A stretch of DNA of 64,000 nt from a virus. The stretch covers positions 32,001 to 96,000 of IMG/VR virus record IMGVR_UViG_3300030060_004796; one strand, given 5' to 3'. Shown one piece after another: positions 47,538-58,019 of the stretch. Each line of letters begins with the position of its first letter. Position 1 is the first letter of the stretch. Made by a program: the position numbers and the translations under genes. The notes below the pieces were generated by a model that was not told where the DNA came from, made no database searches, and saw only the letters and a program-made list of their open reading frames with translations.

Positions 47538-48413
47538 TCAGATTTTAAATTTACCAAACATTTCATCTTGTGCCTCTAGATCTGCAGCATAATTAAATGA
47601 TTTGTTTTCTAATTCATCAATTATAGATAGTTGACGTGGATCTATTTCATCTACATCAGCTATAATATTTTGATCAGAATTGTGCAATCTTGATTGACTC
47701 AACAATTCTGCCGTCATAAATTCATGAAACTTTTGTTGATCACTCATCCAAGATCTAGGATGTGTTTTCTTAAGTGCATGAGTTACATGATTATAAAAAG
47801 TCCATGCATTATCTCTATCAGCTTCATATGTATAAGATGGTTTTTTAATTTCATTCTTAATACAAGACATTTGAGTTGCATCCACTAATTCTTTTTCCAT
47901 AAATAGTCTACCTGCTAATTCTGATTGCTCTTTTACGCTTAATGAAACTTTTTTTAATTCATCTTTATCAGCTATTAATTTATCAAAATGTAAATCAGCT
48001 TTTTTTATTTGTGACATTATATGGTTAAATGCTTCTGAATCAGCATTACCTGTATGTTTTCTAGCATATGTAGACATATCTCCAGAAACCATTCCATTAT
48101 TACATACAAATACATAGGCTCCAATACCACATTGGAACCTAACTTGTTTATTGTAACTATTTGTCCAGGCAAACATCATACCTAATTCTGAATCTTTAGT
48201 AGATTGAATATGATATATCCCTTGAGCTATATTACAGTCTCCTGTTGCTCTATATACTTCATTAGTAATATTAAACCCGTGAGTAGCTAATATACTTTTG
48301 CTAGCATCAATTAAAAACTTATGACGTATTACTGTATATGTTTCTCCATGATTAGGAAATGCAGCTTGAGACAATATATTTGCAGTTGTCTCTCTTGGTT
48401 TTTTGTATCCCAT
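47538..48413 (-). CDS. DUF932/DUF945-like phage protein
   Basis: TY.VIRH, NSYNKQ...G..V.VC.NGM...RKHTG pattern. Confidence 0.7.
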   Translation of the reverse strand: MGYKKPRETTANILSQAAFPNHGETYTVIRHKFLIDASKSILATHGFNITNEVYRATGDCNIAQGIYHIQSTKDSELGMMFAWTNSYNKQVRFQCGIGAYVFVCNNGMVSGDMSTYARKHTGNADSEAFNHIMSQIKKADLHFDKLIADKDELKKVSLSVKEQSELAGRLFMEKELVDATQMSCIKNEIKKPSYTYEADRDNAWTFYNHVTHALKKTHPRSWMSDQQKFHEFMTAELLSQSRLHNSDQNIIADVDEIDPRQLSIIDELENKSFNYAADLEAQDEMFGKFKI

Positions 48414-48433
48414 TTTTTTTGATTTTATTGTTA

Positions 48434-48441
48434 CAAATTTA
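48434..48441 (-). promoter_or_regulatory. Bacteroidota -7 element TAAATTTG
   Basis: TAnnTTTG about 20 nt upstream of the 48413 start. Confidence 0.55.
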
Positions 48442-48451
48442 ATTAATTTTA

Positions 48452-50359
48452 TTAAAATAGCAATAGTTGATTTGACTTAATTCCTATAATATTATTTATT
48501 TCTTTTTCTATTGCATCAAGATAATATTTTTCATTAATATTATATGATTTCCATTCTTTTACTTCAGCATCATTATAGATTGTTTGCATCCATCTACCTG
48601 ATTCTAACTGTATTTCCCGGTTATCATTTTTATTAACTTTAATTATCTTAACACCTTTATTTGAAATAAAATATCTATTTATTTTTTGAAGTTCATCTTC
48701 ACAACCTTGACCATCTTTAACATACCTAGCAACTTGTTTCCAGTTACCTTTAGATTTACCACCAATACAATAATCTAAAATATTTCTATTATGTTTTATT
48801 GTATCTTCTGGTAAAGTACCATCAACAAAGTAGGCGTATATAGCTTTTGGTATAATAAGTTTAGACTTATTCTTATGAAGGGCTAAGTTTTCAAATTCAA
48901 ACCGTCCCTTACATTTAGCTTTACCATTATTATCAATTGCTATATAGTTATTTACATCTGCTAATATTAATTTTTTATATTGATCATGTTCAAGAACAAG
49001 ATTAGTTATCTCTTCCCATTTCTTGCATACTTCCATATATAAATCAATTTTAGATCTAGGTATAATTGTCTCAACACCATCTGTATTTTGTAACAAAGGT
49101 GTTGCTTCAGGAATTGCTTCCATAATCATTTCATAAAGCATCATTAGAGTAAGTTGTCCATTAACTGTAATAAACATAGTAAACTGAGGATCATATAGAA
49201 ATGAGTTTTTATCATTAGAAAGACCATATGTACTATTAAGAATAATTTTATATACATAATTCATAGGATTACTTTTAGGAATCTTTTTTCTTTCTGTGAA
49301 AAACCATTCATATAGATGACAGAATGCTTTTTTATCTAAATGTGCAGGTGCAATTTTATTCATAATAGCAAGATTAGGATAAAAACTTGCAACATCTGAA
49401 GACATTATAACGTTCTCATCATCAGACTCATACACTCCTGGCTGCATTGCTCCATGAGCACCACCTAGTCCAAAGTGTGTTTTTATTCCTTTATACTTTA
49501 CATTATATTTAAATCCACCTTTTGTTTGATTAGGGTTAATTTCTACTGTCTTAAATTTCTCAAGTAAATTATTAAATTCAGGTGTCTCAAACTTAATGTA
49601 ATCAAGAATAAGATCCTTAATTTTAATAACATTTCTAAAAGTTCTTAATTTTTTAAGATCATATTTAGGAATTCCTAATTCCTTACTAAGATAATAAGCA
49701 AACAACTCTTTACTTATACGTGGTTCAGATGCATTGTAAAGATTTATATTATATTCATTTGTTAAATTCTTTCTTAAAGCTATTAATGGTTTTGATCTTT
49801 CAAAAATTTCTTTTGTTGATTCAACATCATTAACACAGTATTTAATAATTAAATCTAATTGTTTTTGATTATCTATATTTGTAGTATGTTCAATAGGCAT
49901 ATCTATGATATTATCCCAGTCCATACTATATTGTATCCATTTTAAACTAGATAACTTAGCCATATTATCCCAATGATTAAGTTTAAAGACATCTATTTGC
50001 TTAATAGTCATATGCCACTCAGCAAAAGTTTGAAACTCTTTATTACTAGATCTTCTAATAGCTTCTTGAGCATAACCATATATCTCTTCTGCTATACTTT
50101 CTCCATCCATCAAGAGCAAGTTTTCATGGTCTTTTATTATATTATGAGTTATTTGGGCATCAAACGCTAGTCCGTTATAAGATATATGCCACTCATTATT
50201 TTCAAGATTTTCTTTTAAGAATTCTGAAAACTTTACATAATCATTTTGCAATTTGCAAATTGAAAATATATGTGTCTCATCTGTTTTGTAGTGTTTAAAT
50301 ACTCCAACAAAACAATTTGACAAAGTTTCATAATCCATTACCCAATGGTTCATAGTCAT
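48452..50359 (-). CDS. polB: Family B DNA polymerase (crAss-type), start placed at MTMNHW
   Basis: Exo I DYET, Exo II SYNGLAFD, SSDVASFYPN, YKIILNSTYG, QNTDG, DVNNY, KCKGRF. Confidence 0.92.
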   Translation of the reverse strand: MTMNHWVMDYETLSNCFVGVFKHYKTDETHIFSICKLQNDYVKFSEFLKENLENNEWHISYNGLAFDAQITHNIIKDHENLLLMDGESIAEEIYGYAQEAIRRSSNKEFQTFAEWHMTIKQIDVFKLNHWDNMAKLSSLKWIQYSMDWDNIIDMPIEHTTNIDNQKQLDLIIKYCVNDVESTKEIFERSKPLIALRKNLTNEYNINLYNASEPRISKELFAYYLSKELGIPKYDLKKLRTFRNVIKIKDLILDYIKFETPEFNNLLEKFKTVEINPNQTKGGFKYNVKYKGIKTHFGLGGAHGAMQPGVYESDDENVIMSSDVASFYPNLAIMNKIAPAHLDKKAFCHLYEWFFTERKKIPKSNPMNYVYKIILNSTYGLSNDKNSFLYDPQFTMFITVNGQLTLMMLYEMIMEAIPEATPLLQNTDGVETIIPRSKIDLYMEVCKKWEEITNLVLEHDQYKKLILADVNNYIAIDNNGKAKCKGRFEFENLALHKNKSKLIIPKAIYAYFVDGTLPEDTIKHNRNILDYCIGGKSKGNWKQVARYVKDGQGCEDELQKINRYFISNKGVKIIKVNKNDNREIQLESGRWMQTIYNDAEVKEWKSYNINEKYYLDAIEKEINNIIGIKSNQLLLF

Positions 50360-50372
50360 GTCATTTAAATCC

Positions 50373-50399
50373 AAAAAAAAAGGAGCACAAGGCTCCTTT
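50373..50399 (-). terminator. Intrinsic terminator between the 151-aa gene and polB
   Basis: On -: AAAGGAGC CTTGT GCTCCTTT then a T run. Confidence 0.7.
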
Positions 50400-50418
50400 A
50401 ATCTTGGAAGGTTAGTAA

Positions 50419-50874
50419 TTATACTTTTTCTAATATAGGTGTACTTGCCGTTGCACCTACAATATCTAATCCAGCTTCATCTAAAAAGAATTCATCTAGA
50501 TCAAGTGCATCAGGATTAACAGCAAACATCTTAATCATTTCTCTAATTTCTTCTTCAGTGACTACATAATGTTCTGAACAAGTATCCATTGCTCTTCTTT
50601 CTTCTCTGAAGTCTTTACCATTTGGTCTTGGTTTTCCTTTAACAGGAAGTTGATCTCCATTATCATCTAGTCTAGGGACCATGTGATAAGATGTCTTCAT
50701 AAATTTAGAGATTACTACCATAATTTTTTCACTTGGTGAGAATAAACATTCTACATAAGGACAGTCATTATGAATAGGAATCATTTTAAAACTTTTCATA
50801 GAGCCAAATGCACTTTTAATTAGTAGCATTGTTTTTGGGTTTTCCTCTACATACTTTTTTGCTTTCTTTGTCAT
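50419..50874 (-). CDS. 151-aa hypothetical protein
   Basis: ORF with its own promoter and terminator. Confidence 0.65.
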   Translation of the reverse strand: MTKKAKKYVEENPKTMLLIKSAFGSMKSFKMIPIHNDCPYVECLFSPSEKIMVVISKFMKTSYHMVPRLDDNGDQLPVKGKPRPNGKDFREERRAMDTCSEHYVVTEEEIREMIKMFAVNPDALDLDEFFLDEAGLDIVGATASTPILEKV

Positions 50875-50896
50875 ATCAATTAGTTTTTATTATTTG

Positions 50897-50904
50897 CAAA
50901 TATA
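50897..50904 (-). promoter_or_regulatory. Bacteroidota -7 element TATATTTG
   Basis: TAnnTTTG about 22 nt upstream of the 50874 start. Confidence 0.6.
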
Positions 50905-50909
50905 TAAAA

Positions 50910-51467
50910 TTATTTTGTTTCTTGTAATACTGCTAGATCTTTTTTAAAATCTTCTTTTTCTAAATCTGGTACACTACATAGTTCACCAACTTTTTGTAGA
51001 TCATCAATATTTACATTAAGTATCTCTGAATAATCTTCATAGTAAAAATCTGGATATAGATAACTTTCAACATATTCAGATATAGTTCCAGTTTCTCCAA
51101 AAAAATTCATTATAATTTCTTTAGTTCTTTTTGTAAATTTAGAATATTTGCCTTTTTTAAATTTGTTAATATCTCTTTTAAAAGTTTCTAAATCAAATAT
51201 ATATAAAAAATTCAGATCATCAATTTTATGTTTTTCTTCAAATAATACATTTGTTTCCAAGAATAATTCAGCAAACATTTCAAATTCTTTAGTCCAATTA
51301 TTCTCCACTGTATAAAAGCATAATAATTTGTTCTTGTCTTTTGGATATATATCATTCCAAGATATATATGTTTGGACAGGAACAAATCTTACACCTTTCT
51401 TTATTCCCAGTAGAGGATAAAGAAAAACTTTACTTTTTTGAAAATATTCTCTGTATAATTTCTTCAC
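50910..51467 (-). CDS. 185-aa hypothetical protein
   Basis: ORF abutting the exonuclease; aromatic/charged composition. Confidence 0.65.
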   Translation of the reverse strand: MKKLYREYFQKSKVFLYPLLGIKKGVRFVPVQTYISWNDIYPKDKNKLLCFYTVENNWTKEFEMFAELFLETNVLFEEKHKIDDLNFLYIFDLETFKRDINKFKKGKYSKFTKRTKEIIMNFFGETGTISEYVESYLYPDFYYEDYSEILNVNIDDLQKVGELCSVPDLEKEDFKKDLAVLQETK

Positions 51468-52460
51468 TTACAATGTTACATTATTTTTAGAAAACTCATA
51501 TGGTAAACTATATTCTCTTTCACTATAATGATAATCAGCAATGTTTAATATTTCTACAAAAGCATGATTCCATTCTTGCATAGTTTCATTACTTACATCA
51601 AATACATAAACTTGATCATAATTATCAATAACTGCAAACTTAAAATTAATTTTGTAATCTTGAACCTTATCTTCTGAATTTTTTATCACCAGAACACTGT
51701 AAATAACTGCTTGCATCCAATATTTATAGTAATCCACTGTTTCTGCAAATTTCTCTAAACCTTTAGATGTAGTTTTTAAATCTACAATAGTAATTTCTTT
51801 TGAGTCATGGTCAATTATATATCTATCAATATATCCTTGCAATCCAAACTGATAATTTAATAGTTCACACTTAAGATATTTTTCATTATGAACCTCAACT
51901 GGATCCATTTCAAAATCTGTAACAGTGTGCTCCATTAAAGACATAACATTTTTATTAGCTTTAAGTATTTCTACTCTCTCAGTTGCTTTAGCCAACATAT
52001 CATTATCTATAATATCTTTACCACTTTCAAGTAAAAATTGAAAATACTCTCCGTTTTCAATAGTTTGAATTTTGCTTAGTCTTTTTTCATCTTCTTTAAA
52101 AGATTGGTAAAGATTGTGTTCTTTTAATACTTCAAGTATCTCTGGACCTAAATCATCTAATATTATAACTAAGTTACCTACTATTCTTTTTTTTAAATCA
52201 TTTAAGACTTTACGAACATTATCTGAGGGTATTTTACTAGGTACGATACTAAATTCATCATGAAGCTTCTCAGGCTCTAATAACAATAAATGAAGTAATT
52301 TACCTTCAATTAAATGTTTATCAGTCTTGAGTTCCCTTTCTTTAAGAATATAATCTATGTAAAATAGTTTTGGACTAAAAAGTAATTTGTTTAATGAGGT
52401 GTAGCTAAAGTTATAGTCCTTGTTGTAAAACTCTTCCTCTTTGATTGGGTCTTTTCTCAT
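51468..52460 (-). CDS. PD-(D/E)xK exonuclease (RecE/DUF3799-like)
   Basis: FSYTSL, G.LLHLLLLEP, E...LQGYIDRY...IVDLKTT...YWMQAVIY. Confidence 0.8.
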   Translation of the reverse strand: MRKDPIKEEEFYNKDYNFSYTSLNKLLFSPKLFYIDYILKERELKTDKHLIEGKLLHLLLLEPEKLHDEFSIVPSKIPSDNVRKVLNDLKKRIVGNLVIILDDLGPEILEVLKEHNLYQSFKEDEKRLSKIQTIENGEYFQFLLESGKDIIDNDMLAKATERVEILKANKNVMSLMEHTVTDFEMDPVEVHNEKYLKCELLNYQFGLQGYIDRYIIDHDSKEITIVDLKTTSKGLEKFAETVDYYKYWMQAVIYSVLVIKNSEDKVQDYKINFKFAVIDNYDQVYVFDVSNETMQEWNHAFVEILNIADYHYSEREYSLPYEFSKNNVTL

Positions 52461-52477
52461 TTTTTTAATTTTTAAAG

Positions 52478-52536
52478 TGTATGAGAAGTACGGGCTTCCA
52501 CAAGATATTTTTACCTTACCCGTACTCCTGCATACA
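52478..52536 (-). other. Long intergenic hairpin with 24-nt loop
   Basis: On -: TGTATG-C-AG-GAGTACGGG / CCCGTACTT-CT-CATACA. Confidence 0.6.
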
Positions 52537-52551
52537 GCTGGTTTTGTTTAC

Positions 52552-53823
52552 CTAAAAAGGTAAATCATCATGGCCTACTCCAGCTACTTCAGTTAATACT
52601 TCACTTAATTTGTTATCATTCTCATCTACAAGTTGATCTTCATATTTACTCTTTAGTTTTAAATCATCTGCAGTAATTGTAAATACACAATCTTTTGTGC
52701 CTACACCTAAATGTGATTCTATAACATTTTTAAACATCATATTTGAAATATATCTAGATCCCCACATTGTTAGACAATCATCTTTTATTAGATATTCTAA
52801 TAAATTATTATATGCTTGTCCCCAATTAGATAAAGTTAAATTAATATAATTATCAAATATTTTTCTAAGATATTTAAAATTAACATGATTCCAAACCTTT
52901 CTTCCTTTCATATTCTCAGAATGATTTGCAAATAATAAAGCTAAATACAATTTAGAATCTTCAACATTACAATTAGCCATCATAGTTAAACCTATATTAA
53001 CATTTTCCTCATCTTGTGATGAAACTAAATTATCTAATTGTTCAAATTCAGTTATACCAAGAGTTACAGAATCTTGAACACAAAGCTTATTAAGCACAGT
53101 ATCTTTAACAAGTTTATCCTGATTGTTATAAATCCATGTATATAAATCATAAGAATCAGCTTTTATATAAGTAGTATAAGAAGCCTCAACTGCAGATTTA
53201 CAACCAAGATCTGTTTTCTGTACAATCTTTTGAAGAAATGAATTTATACTTTTTTCACGGTCATTACTAGCATCTTCTGCCCAATAATAACTATAAGTGT
53301 TTAATCCAACATATATATTTTCTCCAAAAGTATCTGCAATACTATTTATAAAATCAATTATAATATTTTTATCATCTTGATCAATAGATGATAATGACAA
53401 TAAATTTAAAACAGCACTCTTCCAAACATTATAATCAAATACATCTTTATAAGTGCTTTCTGTCATTTTGTTTAATGTATTTTCACCTATAACTGCAATA
53501 TCTGCTTTATCTTTATCTCTTATCACATTAAATCCACATTCATCTTTAAAGTTTGCTAATTTATCTCTTGATAAGGTAAGATTTGGTAATCTATATAAAG
53601 TGCTAACACTATTGATGAAATAATCTTTATCATATTTTTCATCATTTATATTTTCAAGTATTTCATATTCATTTGATCTTCTATAATGACTATGTGATGC
53701 TCCTGCATAAACACCTAATTCTGATGCTCTGAAACATCCTTTAACATTATTGTGTCTAATAAATTGGTTTTCTCCCTCATTTACATCTAAATATTTTATT
53801 TCTATATTAATTATTTTCTTCAT
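52552..53823 (-). CDS. 423-aa hypothetical protein, paralog of the upstream 351-aa gene (BRCT-like N-terminal segment)
   Basis: LYRLPNLTLSRDKL...GFNVIRDKDKADIAV; SQDEENVNIG. Confidence 0.55.
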   Translation of the reverse strand: MKKIINIEIKYLDVNEGENQFIRHNNVKGCFRASELGVYAGASHSHYRRSNEYEILENINDEKYDKDYFINSVSTLYRLPNLTLSRDKLANFKDECGFNVIRDKDKADIAVIGENTLNKMTESTYKDVFDYNVWKSAVLNLLSLSSIDQDDKNIIIDFINSIADTFGENIYVGLNTYSYYWAEDASNDREKSINSFLQKIVQKTDLGCKSAVEASYTTYIKADSYDLYTWIYNNQDKLVKDTVLNKLCVQDSVTLGITEFEQLDNLVSSQDEENVNIGLTMMANCNVEDSKLYLALLFANHSENMKGRKVWNHVNFKYLRKIFDNYINLTLSNWGQAYNNLLEYLIKDDCLTMWGSRYISNMMFKNVIESHLGVGTKDCVFTITADDLKLKSKYEDQLVDENDNKLSEVLTEVAGVGHDDLPF

Positions 53824-54862
53824 ATTTTAAATATTTTTTATATTCTGGTTTAACTTCTACTTTAAATACATAAAGATCTCTGTTATCTATTCTTATTTCT
53901 TTTCTAACAATAGGTTCTAAGTATTTAAAAGCTGTTTTATCTAATTGATCACGGTCTTCTAAAAACTTGATCATATCTAATGCACTTTTATGATAATAGT
54001 CTTCTACGTTAGAAATTTTTTTCCAATAGTCTACATCTTTATTACGGCTTATTCTATAAATATTAGATCCAATTTCTTGTCCAAGCTTCCACATTAAATG
54101 TTTTTTCTTAGTATAATCAATTGTAGGTAATATTTTTCCTGCCATTTCAATGTTTTCATCATCATAAGAACTTAACATAGTTACTATTTGCTCTATAAGT
54201 TCTTCTGTAATTTCAACTTTGTTTGCACTACTATGTAATACACTTTCAACATCCATTGTAGTTGCTTCACCTGTATCAATTCTATGTGCAATATTAACAG
54301 CCATACCGGTCATCATCCATGCATCATAAGGCATTGCATAAAAATCTGTATTATATCTACTAACCCAACCTTCACATTTAGGATCATAAACAACTCTTGC
54401 AAGATTACCGCCTCTGGCATTTTCTTCACAATAAGTATCTATTGTATTACAACCACTCTCTACTGCTTCATAATTCCAAAGATGATTTAATAAAAACCTT
54501 GTACTTATGTTTTCACTATTTTCAGAACTTGTAGCAATAAAATCATGTGTTATATAAATTTCAGCTTTCATATAATCACTGGTTAATACAACTCCGTGTT
54601 CTTTTAATGCAGATTTTACTCTGTCAGCAGAAACTCTACAGTTAGGTAGTAAATATGCCTTTTTGTAAGAAGATAGATTTGTAGTTTTTGAGCTTTCAAG
54701 TATATCTTCTATTTTGTTATATATACCGTCAGACTCATCTAAATATACTGTTTCTATTGTACCATTTGTAGCACTAGTCATGACCCCATAGGGATCACAA
54801 CTAATACCAAAATGTGCAATAGCATCATCATTAAATTTTTGAAATATTGATTTGCTTGCCAT
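53807..54862 (-). CDS. 351-aa hypothetical protein (BRCT-like N-terminal segment)
   Basis: AYLLPNCRVSADRV...GVVLTSDYMKAEIYI; SYDDENIEMA. Confidence 0.55.
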   Translation of the reverse strand: MASKSIFQKFNDDAIAHFGISCDPYGVMTSATNGTIETVYLDESDGIYNKIEDILESSKTTNLSSYKKAYLLPNCRVSADRVKSALKEHGVVLTSDYMKAEIYITHDFIATSSENSENISTRFLLNHLWNYEAVESGCNTIDTYCEENARGGNLARVVYDPKCEGWVSRYNTDFYAMPYDAWMMTGMAVNIAHRIDTGEATTMDVESVLHSSANKVEITEELIEQIVTMLSSYDDENIEMAGKILPTIDYTKKKHLMWKLGQEIGSNIYRISRNKDVDYWKKISNVEDYYHKSALDMIKFLEDRDQLDKTAFKYLEPIVRKEIRIDNRDLYVFKVEVKPEYKKYLKYEENN

Positions 54863-56124
54863 TATTTAATTGTCATTTTAATGATGTCCGGATTCATCAT
54901 CATCTTATTAAACTTTTGTTTATTACCATTAAAAATTGTACGCACAACTAAATACTTAAGATCATCAGTAAAATAATCTTTAGTACATAGTGCAATTAAT
55001 CTATCAGTAATTTTTTGATTTACAGTATTCTCTTTAGAGTACACTACAGCATAGTTTGCTAATCTTGTAGCTAACGTTGATGCAATATCTGCTCTATAAG
55101 AATCACCTTGACCAATACAACTTCTCAGTTCTCCAAGAATATATTGCTCATTATCATGTGTCAATAGATCTGTAGGAGTTACTAACTTATCCAATTTGTT
55201 ATTAATGAAAGTAGTGAACATAGATGCAAAAGCATCTCCCACTGAACCTTCACCAATCATTTGGATCATAGTTAAATTATCCTCAAAAGATTCAAAACTA
55301 GATATAGCATTAAAGAATGCTGTAATAGATCTTGCATTGGTCTCCTGTGTTACTAATTCCGGGTTTAGTAATAAGAAGTTAATACATCTAGTATCTATTC
55401 CTGCTTCTTCTGCCCAACGTGCCCAAACATTTACATCAAACTTTAGATTTGCTGTAATATATCTAGTTTTTTGTGCTGAGTCAATAGAATTAACCATATA
55501 ATCACCATTGTCTGGGTTAGATGTTAGAATTATATGCCAATCTTTTGGAAGACTCCAAGATATGTATTGCTGTCTGTCCACTAATTCCATAACTGCTTGA
55601 ATAAATCTCATATCAGCACGGTTCCAGTCATCAAGAAGAAGAATACCACCCTCTTTCTTATCTGAAATCCATTCAGGTGCACAATAAGACATTCTATTCT
55701 TACCTGTTACTTTCCAACCTTGTCTTAGATATTCTTCTACTGCAAGTTCATCAACCCATTGACCAACTTTTTTAGTGATAGTTGCATTTCCTACTTGTGC
55801 AGCCGCTGCAGCTTTTTGTGCTGCTGTATATTGAAGATCATCTATTTTCTTTTGTACTTGCTTTTCCTTATACATTTGAAATTGACGTACAGGGAAACCA
55901 ACTAAATCACCTAACTCCTCTATTTGTGCTAAGTTTAACTTAACAAAATTTAATTTATGTTCTTTAGCAATATCAATAACTGCAGATGTTTTACCAATTC
56001 CTGATTCACCTACAATTTCTACTGCTACTGGATTTTTACCACTCTCCTGTAAGAATCTATTATTCTTAATGATGTGGTTTGTAAAATCCTTTACTTCATC
56101 AATGTTTAAATTTACTTGTGCCAT
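54862..56124 (-). CDS. MoxR-like AAA+ ATPase
   Basis: Walker A GESGIGKT, LNLAQ...GDLVGFP, Walker B LLLDDWNRA, HIILTSNP. Confidence 0.85.
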   Translation of the reverse strand: MAQVNLNIDEVKDFTNHIIKNNRFLQESGKNPVAVEIVGESGIGKTSAVIDIAKEHKLNFVKLNLAQIEELGDLVGFPVRQFQMYKEKQVQKKIDDLQYTAAQKAAAAAQVGNATITKKVGQWVDELAVEEYLRQGWKVTGKNRMSYCAPEWISDKKEGGILLLDDWNRADMRFIQAVMELVDRQQYISWSLPKDWHIILTSNPDNGDYMVNSIDSAQKTRYITANLKFDVNVWARWAEEAGIDTRCINFLLLNPELVTQETNARSITAFFNAISSFESFEDNLTMIQMIGEGSVGDAFASMFTTFINNKLDKLVTPTDLLTHDNEQYILGELRSCIGQGDSYRADIASTLATRLANYAVVYSKENTVNQKITDRLIALCTKDYFTDDLKYLVVRTIFNGNKQKFNKMMMNPDIIKMTIK

Positions 56125-56129
56125 TTTTT

Positions 56130-57290
56130 TTAATTTATTTGAATTTTTAGTCCTGGTAACTCTTTATTTATCTCACAACGAGAACTGTGTACCCATAACG
56201 TATTCTTGGGACAGTTTTCTGGAGTGTATGCTTCACCATCTGTTAAATATATAAGAGCTGTATAAACTCCTTTCTTTTTATTAAATAGATCTATAACTGG
56301 TTGAAAGTCTGTACCACCTCTACCTTTGATCTCCCAATCCTTTCTTGGATTGAATTCTTCTACTGAATTTATTTGAGTGTCACATTGGGCAACTGTAATC
56401 TTATGACCAGTTTTATGCATATGTGTTAACTCATTCATAAATTCTTTTAATTCACTGTTAGATACTGATCCACTTGTGTCAACACCAACAAGAATATTAT
56501 TTTTAAACTTAATTTTAAGACCCGGATTTTCTACATACCTCTTGTTATACTTACGTCTTAACTTTTTAGTATATGATACACTAGAGTTACCAACAAATCT
56601 TCTAAGATAACCTTTCCAATCAAATGATGGAGGTTCTATAGTTCTGAGCTTACTAATAAGTTCTGCTAATTCCCCTGGTATATTACCACGTCTTTTTTCA
56701 GTTTGTTCTGCAGTTTCTTTTAACTGATGCTCAATTTGCTTTTGTACTAATTTTTTATCTGCTTCAGTTAATTCATCAAACTCATCCCATGTTTTATGAT
56801 CATATTGACTATCACCATCCATCTGATCTAAAAGTGATTGTAGTGTTTGACACTGACCATTTTTATCAGCTTCATCAAGTTTTTCATAGTAATATGTAGT
56901 ACCTGCCCTAGGCTCTAGATTTAAATCTTTAAACATGTCCATAGTAATACCACCTTCAGGTAAATGATCTGAATCTATATATTGATTTATTTCCAAATCT
57001 GCAGCTATATTAAATAGTTTTTTATTTGGAAACCTATCTCTCATAACTAAATGACCAAATGATATATGAAGTAATTCATGTTTAAGCAATCCTATTCTAT
57101 GTAAATCATTTAAGTTATCAAAGAATTCAGGATTAACTGCTAATTGCACTCCTATACCATGTTTACTCACACCTGCTGTAGGTATGTCTTTTCTAAAGGT
57201 TTTATTTAACCCAATCAAAAAGAGCCCGTAGAAGGGCTCCTTTAATATTAATGTTTTACCGGCTCTTGCCAGGTTGTCTGCTGTTACCAT
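56130..57290 (-). CDS. DUF2201-type metallopeptidase + VWA domain protein
   Basis: KHELLH (HExxH), NIAADLEIN, MIDAS DTSGS, GRGGTDF, YLTDG. Confidence 0.85.
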   Translation of the reverse strand: MVTADNLARAGKTLILKEPFYGLFLIGLNKTFRKDIPTAGVSKHGIGVQLAVNPEFFDNLNDLHRIGLLKHELLHISFGHLVMRDRFPNKKLFNIAADLEINQYIDSDHLPEGGITMDMFKDLNLEPRAGTTYYYEKLDEADKNGQCQTLQSLLDQMDGDSQYDHKTWDEFDELTEADKKLVQKQIEHQLKETAEQTEKRRGNIPGELAELISKLRTIEPPSFDWKGYLRRFVGNSSVSYTKKLRRKYNKRYVENPGLKIKFKNNILVGVDTSGSVSNSELKEFMNELTHMHKTGHKITVAQCDTQINSVEEFNPRKDWEIKGRGGTDFQPVIDLFNKKKGVYTALIYLTDGEAYTPENCPKNTLWVHSSRCEINKELPGLKIQIN

Positions 57291-57679
57291 GCTAATTCTA
57301 AATTTATTTTTTTAATAAATCCTTTTTTACCTTCAGTAATAGTATCCAAATAAAGATTAGCTATTTCATATTCTATTATTTGTTTATCTATTTCAGTGGA
57401 TTTTTTCTTTACATCCTTAAATAATTCCATCCAAGGTTTACAGTTATCTGATAATGTCATTAATCTTAAATTTACTTTATCTGCATCATCAAACTCAGAT
57501 TCTGCCACTAAACGCAAGAAGTTAGTTCTTCTATGTCCATTTAAAGATTTAGCTAATGCTATTATCCCTACCTCAGTAATATTTGTATTCATTATATTGG
57601 AAACACCTATTGCTAAGTCATCTGCTGATCCTAATAATTTTTTATTTTTTAAATAAAATTTTAATGTTAATTCAATCAT
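57284..57679 (-). CDS. 131-aa hypothetical protein
   Basis: ORF overlapping both neighbours. Confidence 0.55.
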   Translation of the reverse strand: MIELTLKFYLKNKKLLGSADDLAIGVSNIMNTNITEVGIIALAKSLNGHRRTNFLRLVAESEFDDADKVNLRLMTLSDNCKPWMELFKDVKKKSTEIDKQIIEYEIANLYLDTITEGKKGFIKKINLELAW

Positions 57680-58019
57680 TTATTTTTGATGTTTTAAGTG
57701 CCCATACAGGCATTTTGTTACTAGACATTATATCTATCCATTCTTTAGCAGTAGGTATGTAATTATTACAGTCCTCCTTTACATGTTGTTCACCAACATA
57801 TCTTGTATAGACGGTTTTACCATCTGAGTTAGTAAAGCTTTTACCAAATCTTTTTTCACATTCAAAAATACCCTCAGAGTGATGCCTAAACATTCTATGC
57901 ATCATAGTTGCTAACCAACCTTTACTCTCATCAAACCATTCATGTATGTGATTATAATCTTCAACTTTACCTCCCCATTTTCTAACTGATGATTTACTAT
58001 GTAGTAACGGGTGAGCCAT
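57672..58019 (-). CDS. DUF6915-like protein
   Basis: MAHPLLHSKSSVRKWGG...IHEWFDESK...RHHSEGIFECE..FG...EQHVKED. Confidence 0.7.
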   Translation of the reverse strand: MAHPLLHSKSSVRKWGGKVEDYNHIHEWFDESKGWLATMMHRMFRHHSEGIFECEKRFGKSFTNSDGKTVYTRYVGEQHVKEDCNNYIPTAKEWIDIMSSNKMPVWALKTSKIND

